Origin: Podarcis pityusensis
Taxonomy: Eukaryota
Assembly: GCA_964106645.2 (NCBI GenBank)
Contig: OZ067052.1
Reading direction: 5' to 3' (one strand)
DNA: 64,000 nt
Shown here: one piece after another, positions 11,406 through 22,880 of the stretch
Layout of the letters: each line of letters opens with the position of its first letter
How positions within the stretch are numbered: position 1 is the first letter of the stretch
The notes under the pieces: model-generated
Told to the model about the DNA's origin: nothing
Databases searched by the model: none
The model's input: only the letters and a program-made list of their open reading frames with translations
Translations under genes and position numbers: made by a program

Positions 11406-13757
11406 ATGCCACAGAGGGATAAGCTTGCTATGTTCTCTCGTTTCCTCAGCTTAGACGCAGACCAAAAGAAGGGAGGAAGGCGGGAAGGCGGAGAGAAATG
11501 TTGCCAACATTCATGCCCAATGCCACCAATCAGTAGGGACTTGGCCAATCTAGACAGATTCTGGGAGGCAGTTGGTGAGCAGCTCCCAAGGGAAGGCTGC
11601 CTCACACTTCCCTATCAACTAGGACAGCTGCTCTCAAGCAGGCTGCAGCTTGCCTGGAGCTCAGCTGCCAGGAAGTCCAGCACCAAGGAGCAACAGCCTA
11701 ATTTCACCCACAGCACCCTTCGCAGATCATTGCCAGAGGGCGAAATCTGAAAGAGGTGGGAAGGTGGGGAAGTTACTGATGGGAATTGGCTCTGCTCACA
11801 CTTCAGCAAAGCTACAGGTGAGAAAAAGTGCCAACAAGAAGTTACTGTAGTCTGCCTCAGGGACATTAATTAAATCCTTTTGGGAGGGGAAAATCTACTC
11901 CCTTAACAAGAAAAATCAAGCCCCAGAATTTGACACCAAAGCGCCTTTGCTATTTCCATTCTAAAACTTGCCACCTTTTATGCTGCCTGAGGGAAATGGC
12001 ACATGGAGACCACACCAGGGCTGTTTGGCTGCTTCCCTATTGAACATCTTCTCATTATGTCTTTGCAAGCTGTCAGGCTATCAGATTTCGGGGGGGGGGG
12101 GGGAATAAAGAACCCAAACTTTAACTGGATTCAAATGTGAGAAATGTTACACATGGTTACAGTCGGGGAGCAAGAACAGTGGATGCCATACCTGTTCAAG
12201 CACTGATAAGCCAATGCCACACAAGACAGATAGCATTGACTGTGCTCGTTCACCAAGGTCAACTGTAACCCCCAAAACTCCTCAGCTGCGCTTGGAAAGG
12301 ATATTTATTTTGAGTCAAGACAGTTAACTGGCAAATGCAAAACATGGGTGCCCTCACTTCAAAATGCTTTCATGCTGAAAATTCCAGGGAGAAACAAGTG
12401 GACAAACGGCAGAGGTGAACAGTCAAGCAGCGATTTGGAAAGAAAGCATTAGTAGTGAACCTGAGGGCCTTGAGGAGAGAAAAGCACACTACTCTCAATG
12501 CAAGAGAGACAAAGGTTTTAACTTTGCATCTATCAAGAGGGCACAGATGCAAATTGGCAGCTCTGTAGACAGGAGCCATTGTTCAAAAATCTCCTGCAAG
12601 ATGCTTGGCTGACACTCCACTGGTTTTATTCATGCAGTGTTACCCCACCTGCTTACATTTCACAGAAAAGCCTCCAAAGCCCAACGCTGACCATGATCCA
12701 GCCCCTAAAACATTAACCCCCCCAAGATGTTTCTCAGGATGTGTTTTAGTATCCACAGCCCAGTAAAAGACACATTCCAAGGTCCTATTGTAGCTGAGGA
12801 GGACTTCAGACTTCAAGGTCACTCAGTACTCCCCATCTGAATCCTCCACAGAGTTATAAACCACTACATATCTATCCACAGTCCAGTGTCTTTGCCAGTT
12901 GTGTGAAACCAACTGTAGAGGACATCCACGGCTTATTTGACCAGCCAACTATAATGCTGGGCCCTTTTGTATGGGCTCAGAAACTGGGATTAAATCATGT
13001 ATGCATAACGGAGGCCATCACAGACCAATTGCAGCGCAAATGTGTAGTGGAACTTCAGCTCACCATATAGAAAAACCACGACAACAGAGAGAACTAGACC
13101 TCTCTAAAATTCCTCTCTATGGGCATTTGCTTTCATTTGCAAAAACACAAAACCAAAGACCTACCTTGCTTCTTTTCAATGCCTTTGTGTGCACGAACGT
13201 TCAACATTTGGTGACACGTTTGCCAATGGGAAATGGCCAGGCTACAGCCTCCATTTCAAGCAAGCTTCCATGTATTTCCAGAAAGGGGATACAAGTGAAA
13301 AAAGAAGTCCCCAGTGTACATGAGGTCTAGCGGTACAATGAAGATTTGTCTTAAACAGTTTCCCCTTTTTCCACTAGGCTACTAGTGAGGACGATAAAGT
13401 TTACAGGTGGCGACAACCGGCAGCAAAAAACAGTGTGTGCAAACTCTCACCACTACATGAAGATTTTGTAGGCAGCTCATCCCTGCTATGAGTATGAATT
13501 TTCCCTCCTCTTTGCTCAAATTGTCAGTTCAAGGCTTTCATAGCTTCCATGATTTGTTTTGTAAAATCCACATTCTCATGTGGATACAGGATACAGAAGC
13601 CACAGCAATGTAGTTTACAACTCAATCTCTCACCCTTACCAGGGATCAAATGTGTCAGGGACTAGAGAAAGGTTTCACGTGCAAACACTTAGAGCACCTT
13701 TGGCTGTGGTTTCTTCCACATCAGGTAGAGTTGTAGTGGTAACCACGTAACCTAAGC

Positions 13758-13893
13758 CAGTGTTTCCCAACCTTGGGCCTCCAGCTGTTTTCGAACTACA
13801 GTTCCCATCATCCCTGACCACTGGTCTTGCTAGCTGAGGATTATGGGAGTTGTAGTCTAAAAACAGCTGGAGGCCCAAGGTTGGGAAATGCTG
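13758..13893. mobile_element. 136-bp palindromic hAT MITE with perfect 8-bp TSD
   Basis: TSD ACCTAAGC at 13750-13757 and 13894-13901. Arms CAGTGTTTCCCAACCTTGGGCCTCCAGCTGTTTT / AAAACAGCTGGAGGCCCAAGGTTGGGAAATGCTG. Confidence 0.95.
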
Positions 13894-13996
13894 ACCTAAG
13901 CAACTGTTCTGTCACTTTTCATACTTGCCCAGATCCCAAGTCTACCAACACAGAAACCAAGAGCAAAGCCTGAAAAGGGAACTTATCAAATATGAC

Positions 13997-14230
13997 ACAA
14001 TGGATTCAAGCTATAAGAAAGGAGATTCCAACTAAACATCAGAAAGAACATTTTGACAGGAAGAGCTGTTTGACAGCTGAATGGTCTCCCTTGGGAGGTG
14101 GTGGATTCTCGAGGTTTCTAAGCAGGGGCTGGAGGGCCATCTGTCACGCATGCTGAGTTGAGATTCCTGCACTGCAGGTGGCTGGACTAGATGATCCACA
14201 GGGTCCCTTCCAATTCTACGATTTTAGAAC
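13997..14230 (+). mobile_element. CR1 LINE 3' end
   Basis: Translates to NGFKL*ERRFQLNIRKNILTGRAV*QLNGLPWEVVDS (CR1 ORF2 C-terminus), followed by a ggactagatga...cccttccaattctacgatt tail. Confidence 0.9.
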
Positions 14231-14476
14231 TTCAAAAACCTCTTGAAACACCTGAAGCCAAATATTATCACTGCAGAATCTTGGTCACTGAGAGAGAAAG
14301 ATTCACAACTTCACAACTAGATTGGTGCTTCTCCAACTGAGGGGAACTCTTGTTGTATGGGGAATTAAACTATCCTTTGATCCAGAAAGCCATTCATAAC
14401 ACACTCATTTAAACACAAAATATCCAACCAATGTGAAAAAGTAGCATCAGACCTGGGGATTGTTTCCCCAACTTAC

Positions 14477-14525
14477 CTCTATGTCTGTTGGTAGTCTTGT
14501 CAAACATAAGCATGGCATCCTCTAC
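14477..14525 (-). CDS. MSI2: Musashi-2 internal coding exon (49 nt, RRM2; exon 7 in the human numbering as I recall it)
   Basis: Minus strand reads ccttgttgtgtcttgcag|GTA GAG GAT GCC ATG CTT ATG TTT GAC AAG ACT ACC AAC AGA CAT AGA G|gtaagt = VEDAMLMFDKTTNRHR(G), the Musashi RRM2 segment just before RNP1 (RGFGFVTF). VED matches MSI2 (MSI1 has VDD). Canonical AG/GT sites, phase 0 in and phase 1 out. Confidence 0.94.
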
Positions 14526-15106
14526 CTGCAAGACACAACAAGGAGTTTGGTTTAAAGGTATTCAAAAAAGTGCTTAAAGTTATACCAGAAAGCAGCTGAT
14601 GGTCCCCAAAGCCACTTTTCCTTTGTATGACATCAGAAACATATAAATATTTGCATACACGCATAAAATTGATTACAAAAAGAAAAGAGAGCATTTATAG
14701 ATGAGGACATAAGAAAGGAGTGCATAGTATTAAATCTTAATGTAGATAATACCAAATCCATTCTTATTATTAGCATACTTATGCGTGGTTTAACTTCAAA
14801 AGGGGCAACAGTTGTATCTGCAGTAATGGACTTTTGATAAATACTTTTGCATATTGTCCTACAAACATATGAATGTGCATTTTCATTGTTTTATTACATT
14901 GGTGTCTGAGATTCAAGGCAACAGCAGCAGAGGTGCATCCAAAAGAAGTGCATCCCAAGAGGTCCAGCATCACCATGGGTTTTCCCATTGGCCCCAGACA
15001 GTTCCTGTATCGTGGGTTATGTTGGATCCAACCCTGTGACAGCTTTATGAGTGGGATCCAAGTAGAGTTCCAGTTTTAAAAGAAGGCTACTGCTGAACCG
15101 GGGGCC

Positions 15107-15433
15107 TGTATCCAACCTGCTCTGTCTGCTAACGCATGAGCCCTTGCACTCGCAAATGGCAGGCTGCACAAGAAAGGACTCCAGCACAACAGGTGTGCTA
15201 GCGGAAGCTTGTTGTATAACAGCTGGTATTGTTTTTGTTATTATTATTACACAAGAACATGTAGACACCCCAAAAAAAGGTAACAGAGGAAAAAGTAGTG
15301 CAACAGCTTATTCTTGTTGTACAATACACTGTACCACAATCTTTGTAATGCTACTTGTGTTTTCCCTTGTGCAACAACATTCTGCCGGCGCAACAAATAA
15401 GTGACTTTAACTTAAAGGTAGACATTGGATACA
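15107..15433. mobile_element. MITE with TGTATCCAA/TTGGATACA termini
   Basis: 9-bp TIR plus internal gcacaa/ttgtgc inverted modules. Confidence 0.55.
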
Positions 15434-16530
15434 ACTCAAGATAGCTCCCTGCCAGCTCCCCCACCAACAGTCCCTACCTTCAGGGAAGCTGCAGGGAAGC
15501 AAATAAGTACAACCATTAGGAACTTACTCCCCCCCCCAAAAAAAAACCCCGTAATAAAACTGATACCACACACAGTATTGCCCAGCTCAAAAGCCTCTTT
15601 GTCCAAAAAACCCCTCCTGAAATTGAAGCCCCCCCCCCCCACTTCTCTCACCCCCTCACCAATCTACCACAGCAGCTGGGGGAACATAAGAGACACACCC
15701 ACAGACTCAGCTGAAAATATAAAGCCCTGACCTTCCTTGGGGAAAGCCACTGACCCTTAAGAGGTTCCAACAGGGTGTCCAAGGCAGAAACCTGATCAGC
15801 CACAAAGGTACTCAAAAGCCCTTTTGAAAAGCCACAGGAGATTGTGGGAAAGGGGGAGCGGGAGGCTACATTTGCATTGGTTCTGGCATTTCCACTTCAG
15901 AGAAGAGAAGGGTCTTGACTGACTAAATGTATCCAAGTGTGACAAAAAATGGCTTTCAAGTTCTGTCATTATTTGCATGATTTATTCCACCTACCTTTAA
16001 TCTGCACAGCCACACCTAGGTTCAACACTCTTTCTGAAAGTACTGCTTTCAGAAAGATAAAACAGTACTCTGAATTATTTTCAGCCACATCATTCATTCC
16101 CACCATCACCACGTGCTGTCCCTGTAGAGTTTTCAGGACGTTTCACTGGCATAATACTGTGCCCTTAAAAGAAATGTCCAAAAGAATTTGTCTGGAAGTG
16201 AAGCAAGTCAAAATAATAGTCTTAACCAAATGGAGATTTAATAAGGAATCTGATTTAAAAAACAAACAAACCAGGATGGCAATAAATAAAAGCCTCTTGA
16301 ATGGATGTCATGCTTTATTTAGCTCTGTAGATCAGGAACAACTTTGTTTGATCATCAACAGTGCTTGAAAGGCTCAGAAAGTTGTGAACTATGGGTCTAC
16401 AAAACATTTTATCATCTGCATTTAAAGCAGATGCAATTCGTAAAAATTATTGGTCGGGGGAGATCCTTTCCTGCCCCTCATTGTGTATAAAGGTACTCTT
16501 TGACTCACTGTTGTAAACGGAAGGATAGTA

Positions 16531-16756
16531 CAGTGGTATCTCGGGTTAAGTACTTAATTCGTTCTGGAGGTCTGTTCTTAACCTGAAACTGTTCTTAACC
16601 TGAAGCACCATTTTAGCTAATGGGGCCTCCCGCTGTCGCTGCGCTGCTGCTGCACGATTTCTGTTCTTATCCTGAAGCAAAGTTCTTAACCCGAGGTCCT
16701 ATTTCTGGGTTAGTGGAGTCTGTAACCTGAAGTGTATGTAACCCGAGGTACCACTG
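16531..16756. mobile_element. Tigger/pogo-type (Tc1-mariner) MITE
   Basis: TA|CAGTGGTATCTCGGGTTA ... TAACCCGAGGTACCACTG|TA. Confidence 0.93.
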
Positions 16757-16816
16757 TATGTAGTATCAGCACCATCCACTAACCAACTGAACCACTCAGG
16801 CTGCCTGTACCATTTA

Positions 16817-16947
16817 ATGGTGCTGACAACACCAAGGTTGCAGGTTTGATTCCCGCATGGGACAGCTGCATATTCCTGCATTGCCAAGGGTTGGACTAGA
16901 TGATCCTCAGGGTCCCTTCCAACTCTACAATTCTATAGTTCTATATA
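16817..16947 (+). mobile_element. SINE with tRNA-Ile-like head (5' truncated) and CR1 tail
   Basis: TGGTGCTGACAACACCAAGGTTGCAGGTTTGATTCCCG resembles the tRNA-Ile anticodon and T arms. Then cctgcattgc...ggttggactagatga...ttctatagttcta. Confidence 0.8.
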
Positions 16948-17744
16948 GCTTTATCACCTGCAGCAGGACTCTGCCACTTCATTCTGCTACAATGGACTGT
17001 GTGTTTTGGGAAGGAGGAGCCAGAGTCGGGCAGCCTCATCTCCCGCTGGCCCTGATAGCAGAGGGGTTCAGCCCTCTGGCCCCTACCCCGGAGTCAGTTT
17101 ATAGAATTATTAACTGATTTGAACCGGATGCAACTCATCGTGATGGCGAAAAGTTTCGGTGAGTTCCCAGGAGGCAGACACTCTGAAGTCCCTTTGTTCA
17201 CAGAGTTGCTTTAAGCTACTTTTGTCGCTAGGGTAACAAACAGCAAGGAACTCAGTCGACAAGGGAGCTGCTCTTTGTCCAAGGGGAGAGCACCACACAC
17301 AGTGACGCAGTCATCTCCGCATTAGCTGTAACCTAGGTGACGGTGCTGCAAGCCAGTTGGCACATGAATTCCCCCCTCACCAAACTTCAGCCTACCCGAG
17401 CAACAGGTTCATAAAAGTATTGCACATGTATTTGCAAGAGCAAGTTTGGGTGCAGGGAATTGTCCAATGCCTTCATTACTAACGTATTCCTCACTCTCAA
17501 CTGGAAAATTCATTCATCTAATTTTACTTGATGGACTTACGTCAGAGGTGGTTGTTGTTGTTGAATTCCAATTGGTTAACAATGGCAACAATAAAAAGGC
17601 TCTCTCCCCCTACCGAACCATAAATTAGATTCCTTACTACCTCAGATATTGATTTGTAACTGTATATGCAGGACATCCCAATGTATGGATTGTGGGGTGC
17701 AGTAAGCATTTTTTTAAAAAAATGTATCCCACCAGACAGTTCAT

Positions 17745-17880
17745 ATGGTGCCCCTCTCCTGTTTTATATTCACAACAACCTTATAAAGTACTGAGAAGTA
17801 TACGTTTATGGCCGAATAAGGATCCAAGCCCAGTTCTCTCTGGTTCTAGTGTGACATTGCAACCACTTCACCACACTGTT
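17745..17880 (-). mobile_element. Decayed Squam3-type SINE
   Basis: ttcacaacaacc core and reverse-complement A box (aaccacttcaccacactg). Confidence 0.5.
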
Positions 17881-18752
17881 CCATTAAAACGCCGTCATGC
17901 ATAACACCATCATGCCTTGCCATTCTTGGAAGACTAATACATGAACAATCTTGCCATGGGGAGTGGAATCTTGGCCCTGCCACCTACTGGCTCCTTCAGA
18001 GCTATGACCTGCTTTAGAGGGACAATTTTGATTCTCTTTCTTTCCCTACTGTAACACTTTTATCACTTTGTGGTGAACATTATCCCTTGTATGACTGGGG
18101 TGGGGTGGTGCCTGGACTCCCATGGGGTGCCCAGTGTGCAGTGCACAGCTATAAAGTGCTCAAATATGCCAGGGTGATGAGATGAAAGTTCGGGCATTCA
18201 TACTGAGGAGCAAACGGCAGGGTTATGACATTTCTGATTAACTCGGACTGATGATGGTGGGAAAATAAACAAGAATTTTGGATTAGGCTCTGAAAACAGC
18301 CCAGTAAAAAGGAAGGGGGGAAAGGTTTCAGCAGAGACAAAAAGAGACAGACAATGCTGGGAGTTATAATACTGGGTGGAGCTGGACGAAGTTCTCCCAA
18401 GCACCGCTTTTTGTTTGTACCTACCAGTGGGTGATACCCCTGGATGTTTTAAAGCCAGGATGCCCTTTCAAGCCAAGCCTAATTGGTTATCCTTTTTGTT
18501 GTGCTTCCTAAGGTCAGAACATTTTATCTCTGCCTCAGCCCTAAGTTTGCCCCACCCCACGTGATTTTTTTTTTTTTGTAGGGCACCCATTGTCACAGAA
18601 GAATAGCCTCTTTCCTCAGCAGCCAAGTGACACAATGGCACTACTCAATACCCCCTGAACAGATAAAGTGCAGCAAGGAAAGAGAAATTCTATAATCCCT
18701 CTACAAAATAAAACATGTAAGTTGACAGGAAAGGGGGGAGTTTAGGGATCAA

Positions 18753-18754
18753 CA

Positions 18755-18802
<48 letters not shown>
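18753..18802. repeat. Compound (CA)n(GA)n microsatellite
   Basis: Direct read. Confidence 0.97.
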
Positions 18803-18807
<5 letters not shown>

Positions 18808-19411
18808 AATATCATATCATTGCCAGGTAAAGGGGCTGAGAGTTAGAATGCGGTTATTCATTCAGTCAGTCCCATTAATGCCCCTGAAATCTAAGCACAA
18901 CAGCCTGAAGAGAAACCAGTAGGCATCTGAATATGCAAAAGCTAAAAAGAATAGACTTTCTCACGGGTGTCTTTTCCAACAGGACACAAGCTTCTTGTGC
19001 CTTCCCATCAAGGGAGGAAAGAAAAGTCAAGGTACCTGGCATGAAAACCAGAGGTTAAGAAAATTGATCTCTCTCATTCCCCCAGCCATATTGGCCCATG
19101 AAGCCCTAATGAAACTCTAGCAAGATTTGGAAGCAGTTTGCAAAATATAGTCCAGGAGTTAATCCCATTTGTCTTGGTTTTGATTCATTACAAGGAGTGT
19201 GTAACCAAGAGGAGTGTATGTATGCACGCACACCTTTAAAGAGAGATGTGAAATAAATGAAGTATCTTTTTTATTTATAGAAGTATTTATATACATTCCT
19301 CTTACAAAACATCGATCTTGTCCAGTACCCTGCCTCCCACAACAGCCACCATTTCCCTCCAGGAAGCCCACACAAAAGGACAGGACAAAGGAAAGGACAG
19401 CCTCCCTAGTA

Positions 19412-19653
19412 CAGTGGCACCTCTGGTTACAAACACTTCTGGTTACAAACGCTTCAGGTTACAAGCTCCGCTAACCCGAAGGGGCTGCTCCTGGTTGCGA
19501 ACTTTGCCCCAGGATGCGAACGGAAATTGTGTACCGGAGGCGCGTGCACAGAGGGAGGCCCTGTTAGTGAAAAGCGCGTCTCAGGATAAGAACGGTTTCA
19601 GCTTAAGAACGGACCTCCAGAACAAATTAAGTTCGTAACCAGAGGTATCGCTG
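19412..19653. mobile_element. Tigger/pogo-type MITE related to 16531-16756, opposite orientation
   Basis: TA|CAGTGGCACCTCTGGTTAC ... GTAACCAGAGGTATCGCTG|TA. Shares a ggacctccagaac-aattaag block in reverse with the other copy. Confidence 0.9.
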
Positions 19654-21285
19654 TAATGGTATTCAGCGGCATGCTGCCTCTGCCTCTAAATATGGAGTAC
19701 TGGAGTCAGAACTCAAGTCGCTGCAGTTTTCACATTTTCAAAAAGAAACCAGCCATTGCCTTTCTCTCAGTAACCTGTGGTTCAATTGTGTGTGTTTGTC
19801 TGTTTTATTAAGGCTGGCCAAAACCTAACTTCTTTTTTACTCCATGTTAAGGCTGTTACAAACTTCAGATGCGTAGGAAGATTAAGGTCCATCAAACACG
19901 TCCCCTCCCCACCCCTTTCTATCCCGTCCCCCCGCCATAGCCTGATGAAGAGTTTTGACACTTTCTTTATGGATGTGTCTTTATTCCATGTGCCTTTTTC
20001 GCTTGTCCCAAATAAAGGCACTCTCTTGTTACTCTGTGATTATGTCTCCCAACATGGCTACCTGCAATTTTTGCCAAGCAAGGAGAAGTCATGGGTGCTC
20101 CTCAGGGATGGCCCAGATGTTCTACAGGCAGGTCTCTCCACCCCAGCTCTTGAGCACTACAAAGAAGCTTTTCCGCTGAACAAAATAAAAGCATTTACCA
20201 GTGCAAAATGTTCCTTTGTAAAAGGCAAAGCACAACCACAAAAAACAGTTATCCCCACATGGCTCGATATGGCAGCTCACAAGAACTGATTAATCCAAAC
20301 TAATTAAGAGCATCAAATATCAGGGCATTACTAAATGCTCTCAAAAGTCTCAGCAGTTCGAAACTGTGGTGAGGGTAGACAGAAAAGTAGCATTTGCTGC
20401 AAAATTAAAAACAAAAACAAACTTAAGACTTAATAAATATGTCCCATTTCCTCTCTCTGATCAAACAAATATAATTTACTTTCTGGCAAAGTTCAAGTAA
20501 TGGGCTTTGGTTTATTTAATGTTTACTTCCTAAGGCAGTTTTTAAAAAGAAAGGGGGGGGTGCCACACTGTCTTTAATCAGTACTGCTCAGGGAGAAAAC
20601 AGGGATTTTATACTACCGGTGAATTCCTGCTCTTGAGTCAAGTCAAGCAGGGTGTCACTATCCTTTGGGATACCACTTCCATGAGCTACAAGGCAGAGCC
20701 CAGTGACTGAGTAACTCCTCCTTATGACAGGCCCTTCCACAATTTCTCCTGCCAAGAAGCAGAGCATCAGTCAGGCTCCCTAAAAGCCTGCTAGTCTTGG
20801 GTCAAAAGCAATTTTAAAAACAACCCTTTAAAAAAAGTTAAGTTGACATCTTTCAACCCCTCTCCCATGTATTCGGATGGGCCTTTCACTAAACTAGGGA
20901 GAGCAACTATCATTGCAGGAGTTTCCAAAGCACCAGCCCAACTGCTAACAACCTCAATTCCCCACATGAATTGTCCGGTGGGAAGGATCCTGATTACTTT
21001 TATATGCTTATATGACTTATTATGGTTTTTAATGTGTTTCTGGTGTCACTACAGAAAGGAAGGATTTGTGCTCTGAAAGGGAGGGTATAAAAAAACTGTA
21101 ATAAATAACTATTTGCAATGCTACTTGATATTAATAATTTTTGCCTGGTATAGAGAGAGCTCTTTCAGTTTACTAACTGGGAACAAAGGAATGATGTGGG
21201 GACATTGCCCAAGACTCTCCACAGGAACCCACAGCTAGAGCTGTGATTTGAGCAATTTCCCAGCCCCTGTTTGAATGCTATAAAC

Positions 21286-21401
21286 CAGGCATGGGGAACC
21301 TGTGGCTCTCAAGAAGTTGTTGGATTACATCTCCCCTTGCCTGTTAACCATTGGCCATGCTGACAGTGGCTTATAGGAGGGTAACAGAGTCACCATCCCT
21401 G
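21286..21401. mobile_element. Short hAT MITE
   Basis: CAGGCATGGGGAACC ... CACCATCCCTG, with a degenerate 8-bp TSD CTATAAAC/CTCTAAAA. Confidence 0.7.
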
Positions 21402-22840
21402 CTCTAAAATCTGGCTCACATCAAGCTCCCCAAAACTGCGCAGTTTAGAAATCTGGTACCAACTCCCAATCAAGTCCCATGACAGATAATCTTGCTTCTC
21501 TAATGCTGCACTGTCATCTGCCACTAAACCATATACTTTAAATAAGATGCAAGTAAATGCTGTCTCTCTGGTGTAGTCATTTAAAAGGATGCCAATGGCA
21601 TAAAAGCAGGAGAGCCTAGAGCACTTTGGTGTTTGCTATGTGTCTAAGTACATCAACTGAATTGGAGCAAGCAGACATGACTAGGCCCTTTATGCCCATA
21701 TCCTGGCCCAGGCAATGCGAGCAGAGAGTTGGGGCGGAGAAATTGTCATTGAGCACCTTCAGCAGGGATGGTTATGGGGGGAAAGGTGGTAGTTTAGTTA
21801 ATGGACAGAGAGAAAGAGCCGTGATGGGCAATTACTCAAGTAGAGAGACAAGAGCACCATCAGCCACTTATGGCTGGGGAAGAGGGGGAAGCAACAGTTT
21901 CTTCTGACAGATGTCATGCAGAAGCAGCATTTGATGTTGGCGCATTGATCTGTGCTCTCCTTGACTAGCAACTGCTGCTCTTAAAACCCCATATTACAAC
22001 TTGCTGTCACTTGCCACCTCAACAGATGGCTGAATCAGAAAGAACAGTTTCAACTCGATTCTGTAGGCTTTCCCCTCCCTCCGGTTATTTTAGAGCTAAT
22101 AGACTTATTGCAGGGGATCTGGATGTCTTAAAGATGTGGTAAAACCAGCTCTGATGTCCCCAAGTCCTACCTTCATGGAACCAATTCCCCACCACCACCC
22201 CTACATCAATGGATCAAGCAGCTAACTGCATTTTTTATTTTGCAGGTTACATGCAATATTATTCTTTACAGACAGGCCTATAAAGGCTTTGTGGAGTGTG
22301 TGTATGTGGAAGGGATTTGAAGCAAAACAGAAGGAAGCTAAGGTCCAAGTAACCAAAATTATCTTATGAAATATTTATACAAGTGTTTCATTAGTGAATG
22401 GCAGCTACCCAATAGACTTGAATTGTCTAGAATCATGGAAAATTAACTTCTTATTAAGTAAATGGTTATAGAATATTGCCTGCACAATTTTCCTTGTGTC
22501 TCCATGAACTCTCTTAATCATGGTGTATCTATCTCTGCATCTATATGACATCCTTCATTTTAAAAAGACAAGTATGGCATTTCTGCACTAAAATAAATCA
22601 AAACTGTACTCCAGTTTCTTCCTGGGAACTTTGTTCAACCACTCAACAATGGAAAGGCATATTCAGCTCAGAGAAGGAAGTGGGACCTATTGAGTTTCCA
22701 AAAACAAGTTAGGAAAGGATCAACAATGAGAGACTGTGGAATACAGAGTGGATAGCGACCTGTCCTTGCATGAGTATTATTAACTTGAAGAATCTCTAGA
22801 CTGACCTTTAATCAACATTACCAGGGTGGTTTACAGGAGA

Positions 22841-22845
22841 GCGCG

Positions 22846-22880
<35 letters not shown>
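22841..22880. repeat. (GC)n-(CA)n alternating purine-pyrimidine tract
   Basis: gcgcgtgcgcgc(ac)n. Confidence 0.95.

Larger units (their letters stand above)
1..14476 (-). other. MSI2: MSI2 intron downstream of the 49-nt exon (continues beyond the window)
   Basis: Starts with GTAAGT at 14476-14471. The next expected exon (GFGFVTFE...) was not seen in 1-14476. Confidence 0.75.

Noticed and set aside
14477-14525. Assignment to MSI1 or DAZAP1/hnRNP
   Set aside because: AMLMFDKTTNRHR is Musashi-specific. The VED residue and the very long flanking introns favour MSI2 over the compact MSI1.
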